A DNA stretch of 64,000 nt from Balanoglossus misakiensis (Eukaryota > Animalia > Hemichordata). Positions 43,265 through 56,300 of the stretch are shown here, in pieces (position 1 is the stretch's first letter; each line of letters starts with the position of its first letter). Below the pieces are notes generated by a model. It saw nothing but the letters and a program-made list of their open reading frames with translations. It was not told the DNA's origin and ran no database searches. Both the position numbers and the translations under genes were made by a program. The stretch spans positions 9,160,844 through 9,224,843 of the forward strand of contig CM082588.2 of assembly GCA_040954595.2 (NCBI GenBank). Direction: 5' to 3'.

Positions 43265-43960
43265 TTACCTCAAATAGCTGTAGATGTCGTCCTAAACCAA
43301 ATCGATGGGGAATGTTATATGGTTGTAAGAAATACATGATACAATTTATAATACACACCACATGGCTAATATTTTGAAAGGAACGCAGGAGGTTTTTAAC
43401 CCATGATGAAATAAAGCTTCAAAACGTAAAGTTTTTCTCTGTTAGAATCTTAAAAACCAAAGAGATTTTCCAATGAAAATCCTGATGAGACTAAGCTTCA
43501 AATAACCCCCGCCACAGGCACGTATACACTGGATTAACGACTCGTGCTATATGTCTCGAATTGTACCCAAATCTCGCGTATACCCGCCTGTGGCGGGGGT
43601 TATTGCTTAAGTATAATAATTGGAATTGTTTTCATCATTGATGAAGGGTCAATGCAAAGTTCTCATTCAACAGGAACACCTGATATATGCTTGCATATTA
43701 ATGAAGCCTTACACAACATGATATGCAGTTAATTTATTCTTTAGCATTCTAAATCGACAAACTTCTGGGTAATCCTTCATTCACTAAAATGTAAGTTCTG
43801 CTCCATCCAATATAATGAATTACAAAATATGCATGCTTTTGCAAGTAAGTAGTCTAAGGTACCGATAAAATTATTATTTGATTGGCTATAGTTGTCACGG
43901 TGGTTTGCTCCATGAAGAATTCTGCCAAGTCCTTTCCTTTTCTTGCCTGGTGGCATATGA

Positions 43961-44977
43961 CTAATTCAAGAGACCATCAAGAGAGATGCAACCTGGATCT
44001 GCAAACAAATAATTGCAAAGTCGTATGAATATAGAAACATTACAAGCACACACAGCAATGCGTCATCCTGAGACTGCGCACTAACCTTGACGCAATCATC
44101 TGAAGCAGATTTCTGAATCTAACTTGATATTCACAGAACCACAAATACATGCACACACGCATGCAGGCACACACACACGGTCACTTAAAAGAGCACACCT
44201 GTGAAAATAATATGCGGCTTAAGTGCCAGACTATAATCCATGCATTGCATGCAAATGTAAGAGATTTCGCATTCTCACCTTGAATTTCACATATGAAACC
44301 CTTTGATTGTACAGCACAATATTCATCATCCCATGAGCCATTGCTGCGACCATTTTGAAACCTGAAGGAATAACAGCATTCATATTTGACCACTTATTTA
44401 CCAATTTTAGGTTTAAACACAGAATAAGCAAAAGTTCTACACTTGCTGTCCAATAAGTATCAAGAAATTATTTGAGACTAATCTATTTGGCATAACTTCA
44501 TGAATACTAAGAAACTTGTATGATTTGTGCAAAATCAGTACTAACCAACATCATATGACCGAAACTATAAAATAATACAATAGTTATTATGTCATAGATT
44601 CCTCTTACCATAATTGGACACAGTCCTGACCTCCTATGGGATTGTGGGTGGGGTTGTTATTGGGTTCCCCGGGATCCCAGTCACTAAATTCACCTGGGCA
44701 CAAGGCCTCACCACCAGACCAGATGAAGCTGCCTTCTGCGGAGCGATCCGTCAGACCAATCCAGAAGCCGTGGTTTGGAACGCAATCCTCTTTGTGCAGT
44801 TGTCTACCAATAATATAGTTCCACACATGCTCATTGCGTTCCCGATTGTTGAGAACTGCAAGTCTGCCTCCCAGCGGACATTTCATTTTGCAGAAATTGT
44901 CGGCGTCCTCGTAGTACTCACCATCAGGTTGTTGACAGAAATATGCATATATTATGCACCTACAGTCATCTTTGGAT
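43961..44977 (-). CDS. Single-domain C-type lectin (EPN type); 5' end uncertain
   Basis: Exons ~44977-44609 (ADNFCKMKCPLGGRLAVL...GFWIGLTDRSAEGSFIWSGG...WDPGEPNN...QDCVQLW), 44361-44279 (FQNGRSNGSWDDEYCAVQSKGFICEIQ), 43998-43961 (DPGCISLDGLLN stop). A candidate phase-compatible upstream exon with a hydrophobic stretch ends at a donor near 45384. Confidence 0.85.
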
Positions 44978-47290
44978 CTAAGAATGCTGGTGCCTTTATA
45001 TATATAGTAATATATATGGAGGCTTATGTCAGTACACAATTGACAAAATTGCGATTTACAGTAATACAGGGATTTATGTCAAATAATGGTGCATTGTAGC
45101 CGAGTTTTAATAAACATCAATTGAAAGCAATTTGAGCAACATCATACTTTAAACTCGATGTCATTACATTGTAAAGATAACAACAATGAACAACAAAGTA
45201 AAAAACATTTTAAAGTACAAAAAGTAACTCCTGAATAACTTCCTTAAGGATAATTTCTTTTCTACAACGTCTCAGAACGATAGCAACAATAACTGCAAAT
45301 TGATACAACTTCAATCTAAACACCAATTTTAAGGCATTGGAGAGGAGCAAAAGTTGGAATTATGTAAAGAAATCTCTTCTCACCTCGATACTGTCTTAGC
45401 ATAGTACAAGAGGAAGACAAAAGGAAGAAAAATAAAATAACATGAATGTTGAATAAAAATTAAGTACACCACGCCAGTGTCATGATGGCCATTTGGGTTT
45501 AAATTTAAGTTTGTCATTGAAAACAATTAATATGGTTCAAAATATAAAAGTATTTCTATGGTCCATAATACAATACTAAAAGATGACAATATCTTCGCTC
45601 TGTTTTCAATTCTGTTTGCCACCATGATCAATACAACTAAAAACTGCATTCATAATAATATTTATCATTTTCTGCTGTTCGTCCGATCAATAATTCTGTG
45701 CATGTACACAATATAATCATGCGGTCAATGAATTAATTTAGATACTTCATGATGTTGTACACATGCAGATATAAACAAGAGTGATGTGTAACTTTTGAAT
45801 ACAACAAATACAACGTCAAGGTCACGAAAAAAATATGTACAGTACAGATGGTGTGCAGAGGTCATAGAGTTCTGTCACCGTATGAAAATATTAAAATGCA
45901 ATAAAACTTACATTATTAGGACTACTTCCTCTACACCAATCCTGCAACTGAAGTTAAAATATAATTTGTGTAAAATGAGCCAAGAGCACTAGCTGTACTA
46001 AAAGAAGACGATAATATTAATAAATGATCAGAGAAATGTTTTGAAAAAGCTGGTAGAAGAATTACAATCGTTTTCATTTAACACACCTATTTATCTTTGT
46101 GAATGTGTGTGAATTTATCATTATCATCATATATGTTTGGAACATTTTCATTCAGTCATACCCGATACGTGCTGCCTAGATGATGCTAGTATAGAGGACA
46201 TTACTGCCAATTTATTCAAAGGTAATGTGAAAACTGACATACAGAAGCTGATTCAGCGAAAGGTACATAACTGGTGCAGACTATCAGGATACAGAAGACC
46301 CAAACCATGGCGTTTTCTTTCTGAGAGAGTATTAGTAGAGAAAGTGTTTGATGATCATAAAAAAATATTAACAGAAATCATAGCGTATTCAGAACTTCAC
46401 GGACAGATTTCGAAATTTTAGCTACTAAATGTTTCAGCTCAATCTTCAATTTACATACACAGTTGTTAAAATCGATAGACATGTATAATATCATGGCCTT
46501 TTTTTGGAGTATAAAATTGAAGGAAGCACACAAAATAGAAACACGCCAAACGGTACATACCATTTGGACATTATAAGATACTTTTGTCAGTTGCAATAAA
46601 TCAACTTGCAAATTTGAAATATAAACTTACAACAAATATAATCTGTCCAGCAAATAATATTCAAGAGTTTCTTACCTCAAATAGCTGTAGATGTCTTCTT
46701 AAACCAAATCGCTGGGGAAGGTTATATGGTTGTGAGAAATACATGATATAGTCTTTCAATTTATAGTGTACACCACCTGGTCGATAGTTTGAAATGAATT
46801 CTGAAAATTTTTAATCTCTGATGAAATTATGCTACATAAGGTCTTAAATTTCTCTGATTTGAATCCTAAATTAGGGAGAGTTTTACCATATGAAGATTCT
46901 GGTGAAATTAAGCTTCAAAACATAAGGTCTGTTCTTTGTTCGAGTCTACATTGCATACAGTTTTGCCTGAAGAAAAGTGTATTTGCCTAATCGCTTAATG
47001 TGTTTAGCAAAGAATCAAAGCATATTCTACCTGCCATCTGCTCACACAGCATTGTTTCCTATGTAAAGCACAATATGATAATTAAGTCTATGCAAATTTA
47101 ATGAAGTCAGACTGCTGTAGATTTTGAGAAAATGACTTTTATTGTCATTCAATCTTACATATGCCATGAATTATATCTGCAGTCAGGCGGAGTAATTTTG
47201 TGACAGTTCGTGGTATGCTTCTAAATGGACGAACGTTGGTGTCTGACAAACAATTAAATCAGAGTATTGTTCCAGTCACGTGCCAAAGTA

Positions 47291-49261
47291 TGGGGTGCCA
47301 TGTGTTAACTTATTATTTAGCTAAATTATTTGTTCAAAAGTCGTTATTTAACATACCTATATGTATGTAATTATAGATTTGCAAACCATTTAAGTCCTGA
47401 CAATTTATTTATAAATAATTTCAAGTCGATTCAATTATATACATAAAATGTATTTTATGCTCTTTTATTTATATATAATAAATTATTTATAAACAATGTC
47501 AGTGTCAGTCTATTATATATATATCATGAGTGATGTACATAATTATTTATATTTAATTAATTATTTATAAATAATAAAAATTTAAGTGTATTATATATAT
47601 ATCATGAGTGATGTACATAATTATTTATATATAATTAATTATTTATAAATAAAAAAATTTAAGTGTATTATATATATATCATGAGTGATTTATAAATAAT
47701 TTAAGTGCAAGTCTATTATATATATATCATGAGTGATTTACATTATATAATGAATTATATATAAATAAGTGATTTCTAAACCATGAAAAAATGCACTCGC
47801 GCCGTTTGTCAACTTATTATTTAACGCAAACTCATTATTTAACGCAAACTCATTATTTAAGGCCTGTTCACACAACCCCTTGCATTTGGATCATTACGCA
47901 CACATATAGTCCCCACACGTGAACAAGAAATGCACATTACGTGCGGTCATTTCATTTTTATTATACTCCTTTCAAAGGTTAGATGAAACACCGAAAAAGG
48001 TATCAACTAGTTAGTGATTTTAGCCCGTGATTGCAATGTTTGATTGAAACGCGAAAAGCTGATCGATAGCTAGCTCCACACTGTGGTCTCCGAGGTCAAA
48101 GGTTGGCCGGTCATGGCGATACCATTATTAAAATAGGGGCCAGTCATCAAAACGGTGGCGTATGATTTTTTTAGGTAAGTTTCCAAATTAAAACGTAAGT
48201 GAGCCAAAAAACTACAGGTCAGATAAATTGTTTTCTCGTAAATTCAACATTAGAATCAAATTTGGCTTTGGAAACAAACGGCGGGTCGCCAGTTCCTGGT
48301 CTGGAGGCTGGTAGAGTCACGTCTTGAAGACTGGCCCCTATTTTAATAATGGCATTGTCATGACCGGCCAACCTTTGACCTCGGAGACCACAATGTAGAG
48401 CTATCGATCAGCTTTTCGCGTTTCAATCAAACATTGCAATCACGGGCTAAAATCACTAACTAGTTGATACCTTTTTCAGTGTTTCATCTAACCTTTGAAA
48501 GGAGTATAATAAAAATGAAATGACCGCACATAATGTGCATTTCTTGTTCACGTGTGGGGACTATATGTGTGCATAATGATCCAAATGCAAGGGGTTGTGT
48601 GAACAGGCCTTAAATAATGAGTTTGCGTTAAATAATGAGTTTGCGTTAAATAATAAGTTGACAAACGGCGCGAGTGCATTTTTTCATGGTTTAGAAATCA
48701 CTTATTTATATATAATTCATTATATAATGTAAATCACTCATGATATATATATAATAGACTTGCACTTAAATTATTTATAAATCACTCATGATATATATAT
48801 ATAATACACTTAAATTTTTTTTTATTTATAAATAATTAATTATATATAAATAATTATGTACATCACTCATGATATATATATAATACACTTACATTTTTAT
48901 TATTTATAAATAATTAATTATATATAAATAATTATGTACATCACTCATGATATATATATAATACACTTAAATTTTTATTATTTATAAATAATTAATTAAA
49001 TATAAATAATTATGTACATCACTCATGATATATATATAATAGATTGACACTGACATTGTTTATAAATAATTTATTATATATAAATAAAAGAGCATAAAAT
49101 ACATTTTATGTATATAATTGAATCGACTTGAAATTATTTATAAATAAATTGTCAGGACTTAAATGGTTTGCAAATCTATAATTACATACATATAAGTATG
49201 TTAAATAACGACTTTTGAACAAATAATTTAGCTAAATAATAAGTTAACACATGGCACCCCA
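47291..49261. mobile_element. Foldback-type element, ~1.97 kb, with modular inverted arms
   Basis: Arms ~47291-48154 and ~48320-49261 are near-perfect reverse complements with ~78 bp AT-rich internal tandem units. Flanks tgccaaagta / taccaaagta form a candidate 10 bp TSD with one mismatch. Confidence 0.9.
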
Positions 49262-50317
49262 TACCAAAGTAAGCTATTGTGAAAGTGGACAACGAGTTAC
49301 ATGTGACTATAGCGAGGCGATATCAAGTGGGGTTGAATGTTGTGAGTTTCTCTGGCATTGGCGCAAATTGAGCAGATTCATTTTGAATAGGTTGCAGTTT
49401 TCCCGTAATAGGTTTATGACAGCCAAACGAGAGACCACCACAGAGTTTCACCGAGACAGTGTTAAAAAACCTGAAGTGAAGTGGCCTGAGCAAAACACAA
49501 ATGACAAATAGGACTTATCTAACGACGTAGAATACGGCCAGCTTTGCATATGTTATGTGCAAGCCATATGTGGCTGTCTGCTTAAGTCACACAATCTGAT
49601 AAGATTAAACTATAGACACACCACTCATCATGTCAGATACTATCAGGGGAACTATTGAACTTATTGTGGCCATTAAGCGGCAGTTGATTTCAAGGAGAGT
49701 TAGTGAAATTAGACACTCCGTACAAGACATTTTGTCTTTGAGAAGAATTAATCCTTCTGAGTATTTGTTGAATTCGTTGAATGGAGGTGTAGAGCGCGGT
49801 GAAGATTAGCAGACGATTTGTTTACACACATCGTTTTTCAAAAGAGGGCGTTGGCCAGATAATCAGATCAATGGAAAAAGAAGTTTATGGTTAAATACCG
49901 TTTATCCCCATCATGACGCAAGAATGAATATTTTTTGTTCAAAATTGTGCGTGACAGTTTCTTGAAAAAGAACGACAGGAGCCTGGGGAAAGTGTGGGTA
50001 TTTGAAACTCCTGCCAAATTCCCGCACAGAGACGTTTCATTTGTAATTGCTGCATGTTGAATTATACTGATGTGTTGAAGGAGATATTGTTATGTCACTA
50101 TAGGCGCGACACATTTACCGAGATTCCAATAAGTGACATACAGGAAACAGACATTGTGATTGAAATTACGGCCTTTTTGTTATTCTAATTACACGAGAAA
50201 ATCTACTGGACAGTAACAAATCGCAACGCATTAGCCGCTATGCCATGTACGTGTCCAAACTCCATTATTGGTGATTGCAAGTGTCTATGACAATATGATG
50301 CACAGAAGATCTTGATC

Positions 50318-53300
50318 ATGCTGCCAACGATTCCTCGTCGTCGACACTATTCTGTGGTACTAGTTGTGCTGATAGCAGTGCAGACATCCAACTGTGTAAG
50401 TATAACTACCCTAATATGCATTTGACACCTCACTGCCTGTTTTCTCAATACTACTTTGCGTTGAAATATCACTGAAATGTTAATGTATCAAACATAATTA
50501 ATGGAAAGAGGCTTGTATCAAACATAATTAATGGAAAAAGAGCAGTGTGAGAGAGACATTGTCCCTTCAGCTTTTATGTCAACGTTTCGTCGTGTTTCCA
50601 TCTCCATACTCAGATTTACAATAATGCTCTCTGTTGTCAGTGTTGACACAATGTCGGTGATGTCTATGTCATGTGACAGAGAGGGATGACTATGTTGTTC
50701 TCCTGCGATGAACATGTCGACTCAGTTGTCACGGAATTCATGATACATGGAAAAATTGCATTAGATATACCATTAAACGGGTGACGTGGAAAGGCTTGAT
50801 TCGTATTTCATGAACAATATGTCACTTTTTCAAACTGCAGATTTAAATTTAGAAAATAAGTCATGTACAGCTACGTATTCTTTTTAATGTATTTTTGCCA
50901 AACTGGTCGTTTTTATGGCCTTACATGTAGCATTTCATCAAAAAGCTCAATATGTTATCCACATAATGTTAAATGATATACGCGCACTACGGGCGTGTTG
51001 AAAAAAATCACCTTGTACAATTTTGTGATAAACTTTGTTGAGTGTGTTCACCCATAGCAGTTAGTTGTGAAAAGTTTTTCTTTCAAACCCCAACACATTT
51101 TCTTCGACAGTTTAAATATGCCTATGGCCCATTTTTGTTCGTTTTCCAGATGATATGGCCTGTTGGTTTGCATAAAGACCTCATTCCAATGTCTCTATCA
51201 CTTTTTATTTGTGACGGTTCAAGTAGAATAAGGCCAAATAAAAAAATATGTGCTGTTCCGATTACATGGTTTTCAAAAATAGAGTAGGTAGGCAGGGAAT
51301 TTTTTTAAGTTTGCATTTTTTATATCTTTGGCCACCGCAGTGTAGAAGAATGACGTCATAGTTCTTGCGTATTTCTCACAATTTTGCATAAATTTTGTAT
51401 ATTTGACATCATTATTTTTACTTCCGGTTTACGAAGCTCTAAAGAGTTTAGGGTCGGCGGGTTAAAATTAGGGTAGGTCGGGTAATCGGAACAGCACATA
51501 TTTTTTATTTGGCCTAATCCCATCGGGATGGATGGAAGCGGATTGTGGTCGTTGAGTGGTCTGAGCATGTTTCTGACTGTGAGCGTCGCGTTCAAATTTC
51601 ATTATAAATTGGTCCACGAATTGCATCACAACGGCCTTGAATTCAATATTTATAGTTCCCGGTGCGCATTTAACACGCATAAATTTAGCAAATCTATATA
51701 GTCCACCATTATTGCTATTCTTCCTTGGACTATTCTTAAAAGTGTGAACTTTAAAATACCTGTCTGTGGCGGGAGGTGGGGGCAAGCTACCCTTCACACC
51801 CCACCACTCCCTGAAATGCAAATAACCCCACGTTAAACGAAAGTATATTAAGGGGATTAGAAGAAGGACTGTTTCAAAGGCACGATCGTTTGCCCCTATA
51901 GCCTGGGTCTATTTTACTGTTTAATTGGAATTTTAGAACTATATCATTGGATACAGATTAAAATATCAGCATTGTTACTGTTGAAAATGAATTCAAGCCC
52001 GGACATGAATTCATTGACAACAATAAAAGTGGCCATTACTCAGGCTTAGCTTTGCAAGAAGGTTAAATATTTTCTAAAGCTTCCAGAATAGAACAAGAAA
52101 CTGGAGTCGATACAAGAGAGAAAAATACTGAAAAATAGCCAAAAGTTACAATGTACCATTGTTGGGCTTTAAGGGAGGCGATACTAGACTGACACGCTGT
52201 GTTGATCTCCCGCTGCCATGGGTGGGCCTAGGGTCCGACTTGGAAGAATACAAAAAATGGAAATAAATCTTGTAAAGATTTTGACTACGGTCTTATTGAT
52301 GGTGTTCATACAGTTGTGTGACTGTGTGATTCATTTGTTTTCCTCATGTCACGTTCGAACAAGATTGGCTTATTGAATGTTTTCTTTTTGGTATACCTGT
52401 TATATTTGTTTGATTGTACGTGGCGCTAGCCTACGGAATAATTCAACCTGTCTTGACATCCCGTCGTTCCTTTCAGCAATTGGATTTGTCACAACTGTAC
52501 ACCGGTAGTTCACATAGAACATTGTTTAAATGTCCTCCTGGTAAGTTGATATGGCAGTTCTGTCTGTTTGTCTGTCTCCGTATTCGCCTAATCAATCTAT
52601 CCCCGCCCTCGTGCGCTCTGCCTATCTCTGTCCCTGGCTCTCTGCATATCTCTCACATGTAACGTCAGTAGGCCTGTCTGTCTGCCTGTCTGTCTGTCTG
52701 TCTGTCTGTCCCACGCATAACGTCCGCCTGCCCGCCTGTCTGTATGTCTGTCGGTCTCTCTGTCTCTGTCTTTCGCTGTCTCTGTCCCCTTCACCCGTCT
52801 ACCCCCCTCTGTTTCTAGATGGCTGTATCTCTATCTCACGCATAACACGATCACCAGGAAACTGATTACAAAATACAATTCATATTAGGTTCATTATTTC
52901 CCATCAAAATGAGCAACGCAAGACAATATGTGGATACTTCTCTGGAATATTATGCGGTTTTGTATTTATTTTCTCTTTTGTCAAAACTTAATTGCGTTGT
53001 ATATGCTTTGGTACATTTCATTTAATATACATTTTGTGATAAAATATGTCTGCCCTGATCAGGACTCATCGTCTCATAGAACTGTGTGTATTAATCCCTA
53101 GGATAACGTTTACTACTTTGGTGCATTCGCATTTTAGGTTATGTACTGCATGGGTCATCTTGTTACCAATTAATACCGCAATTACAGTCATGGATAAGTG
53201 CAGAAAGTCTATGTCAAAGGTTAGTGTTTGAATTATTACATAAACCTTGGAAAGGAAAGAGCAGATATGTGATGAAACATACAACTTGCCAATTGTTATA

Positions 53301-56300
53301 AATAATTGCCATGATCAGGCCAAATAAAAACAATATGCGCTATTCCGATTACCCGAACTACCCTAATTTTAGGCCACCGACCCTAAACTGTTTACAGCTT
53401 CGTAAACCGGAAGTAAAAATAACGATGTCAAATATTCAAATGTTATGAAAATTGTGACTGAGAATCACGCAAGACTAAAAGCCCGCAAGAACTATGATGT
53501 CATTCTTCTACACTACGGTATAAAAATGCAAAAAAAAATCCCTACCTACCTACCCTTTTTTGAAAACCATATAATCGGAACAGCACTTATTTTTTTATTT
53601 GGCCTCATGCAAAAATTAACGATAATAAAGAGGGTTTCAGAATAGGAGAATGACCTTTCCCCGAATGACTTTTTTGCAGTACGTGGTATTCTAAAGAGAC
53701 TTGTATTACAGTCTACTTTTGCAACAGGTCAGAGAGGTACAAACATTATTAAGACCGTGGGAAGAGAACTATGTATACTTTTATGTAAAATGCTTATGGA
53801 CGTTGATTTCTTTTCAGATCAGGTTCCCATCTTGTGTCAGTTGAAGGTTACTTGGAACTGCAGTTTGTGGGTTCGCTGGCAAAACAGGCGCTGCAGACAA
53901 ACTCTTCCTCTTTAACTACTGTTTGGATAGGTAAGGTTGTCTCGCAGATCATAGTTGATACAATTGCATTCTGTCACGATAAGGCCCCCAAAATAATATG
54001 TGCTGTTCCGATTATATGGTTTTCAAAAAGGTAGGTCTAAGAACTGAACACACTCCCTCTCTCCCTCCCCCTCCCTCTCCCCCTCCCTGGTGTTGGAGAC
54101 GCCTAACACCAATCACAAGCTTTGTCGGAAATTAATGTGCATTTGCCAAACATTTCCACAGCAATATTGCGGAAAAAAACATGTTTTACTTTTTAAAAAT
54201 GTTTATGATAGGCCTCGCATAGTTGATAAACCCACATTCTTGTGTGAAACGTATACATTCGAAACCAAATCCCATCACTGTAAGAGTTGACCGATTTTAT
54301 TTTGGGCGCCGAAGGAAATGTAATTTAATTGTGCGATTTGTCTACCAGTGACACCATTATAAGCAATTATATTTTGTATGAATAGTAGAATTCTTTTTAT
54401 TCAGTTTCGAAAGGCTGAAAATACATCACAAACCAACTCGCTACATCCGCGGGGGAACACACATTACATAACAAATCAACATAAAACGAATGAATCAAAT
54501 CAGAATTCTGACACACTGTCAGACACAAAATGTGTACATTTCTGGGAATGCGTTGCTATACTAGTATTTACTTTCTAGTTATAGCTAAGGGTGCTTTCAG
54601 TTATTTATAGAATGCGTGTCGGAGCGGGGGAATTGTGTGCTCGGTTGGCCAAAGGTGACCCCCCCCCCCCAAAAAAAGGTGCTGCCCCCCCTCTACTGCC
54701 CATTGCTCAAACGTGACCTTCCCACTTTTGTCCTTGTTCACAATATGTGACAACTTGAGGCTCTTCTCTAAGGGTAGATCGAGACAGGTGATCATAGCAC
54801 TAATACCCAAATAGACGAAATTATTTAAAGGTTCTTTGGCCAACGTCTATCCACAACAAGTACCACAAAAATATGAAACAATACGCCTACACTTAAGAAA
54901 TGAACCACAAGCGTTGAATTATTACACTGTTATTAACCGACAGTTATAAAATATACATTGTATACACGTTTTAACGGCTTTCTTGCTCCTGGTACCTAAT
55001 AGCCTTATTATCCATGCATTTTTTTCGCCATGACTGACGCACTGCCACAGATCAATGCCCTGGATTTGACATTTCGTCACATTTCCGATTTTACAAAATG
55101 TGACCCTCGCTGTATAGCCGCGTTTGTCAAATGTGACACCCCCCGCGCGATTCCCCCCCCCCCCAGGTCCGACCTAGCCCCTCGTTTTAACTGATAGCTC
55201 TCTTTAAAATACACAAAATGTCTTGTGACTAGCACTGTTGTAAATTTAACTAGTAACTTGGCCTTAAACTATTCGCCAATTACAATACTTTACAGACAAA
55301 AAATCTCGAGCATTGTTGTAAGTCGCTACTTCAGCACCTAGTCGATCTAGTAGCCACTCAAGAGCGCCTTCACCTTAAACCCAGGAGTCGACGCGTGTAC
55401 ACGGACAACGTGCTGCCCGGGGTATACACTGCTGCCTATTTTGACAATTTCACCTACAGCGTATTTACCTATGGCGTCAATGTTGACCGGTTCGAGGTGA
55501 TCTATCCATACTTTACTAATTCCACACTCCTTACATTTCTCGACAGCAATGTAAACGTCAGCTTTCTGTGTTTTATAAGGTTTGATGTTTACTGCAAATA
55601 CTATTGTGGTATTAGCTTTTGTGGATATCCAAACGTGTTTCTTGTCCAACCGACCTCGACCTGTGCTGCGTACCAGGAATTTCCAGGTTCCATTAGTGAT
55701 CGCAACAAGAGGATGGTTCCTTCCTGTTCCAGGTATCTGGGTGGACCAACATTGACTGTTAGAGATCTGCGTGGATGTGAAGATGGGGTCAGGCAGCTCA
55801 GGTCGTTCCATAGGTCTTTGAATTACGGACCCGTAGCCCATATCGGGTCGTCTTCGTAACGAGATCAGGGAATCTTCCAAAACATCAACAAACAAACGTG
55901 ACAGGTATGCGCCAGCGATGGCGTGAAATTTTAAATCTGGGTGGCCGTTATTTTTTCCGAACTGGCAATGGAAGCTGCGATCAGATCCCGCGGTGGTCAA
56001 ATCGCACACGACAGGTCGGTAATCAAGCGATGGAACATCGTAGTGTTGCATCAGTGGTTTGCTGCAAGTGTTGGTGTAGCCCCGGGCAAGACACGGTTGC
56101 CCTTTGAGTAAGAAGTAGAAATTGATGTAGACCAGCTGTAGTTGCCTAGGTAACTCCAATGCTTTGATTGTGAACATTTCCTGGGGAGCGCAATGACTTT
56201 CTGCAGCATTGTCGTTGGCCGCGAACTCCCATAACAAAACGTCGAGCGCATCCAAGTTCAGGAAAATGTCCATGCAGTAAACGTGGAATAGCGACTGTGT

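Noticed and set aside
46137-46421. 94-aa ORF with protein-like composition
   Set aside because: No ATG start or recognisable motif; a decayed TE or viral gene cannot be excluded without a search.
49265-50100. Possible decayed coding sequence beside the foldback
   Set aside because: Stops in all frames examined and no identifiable family.
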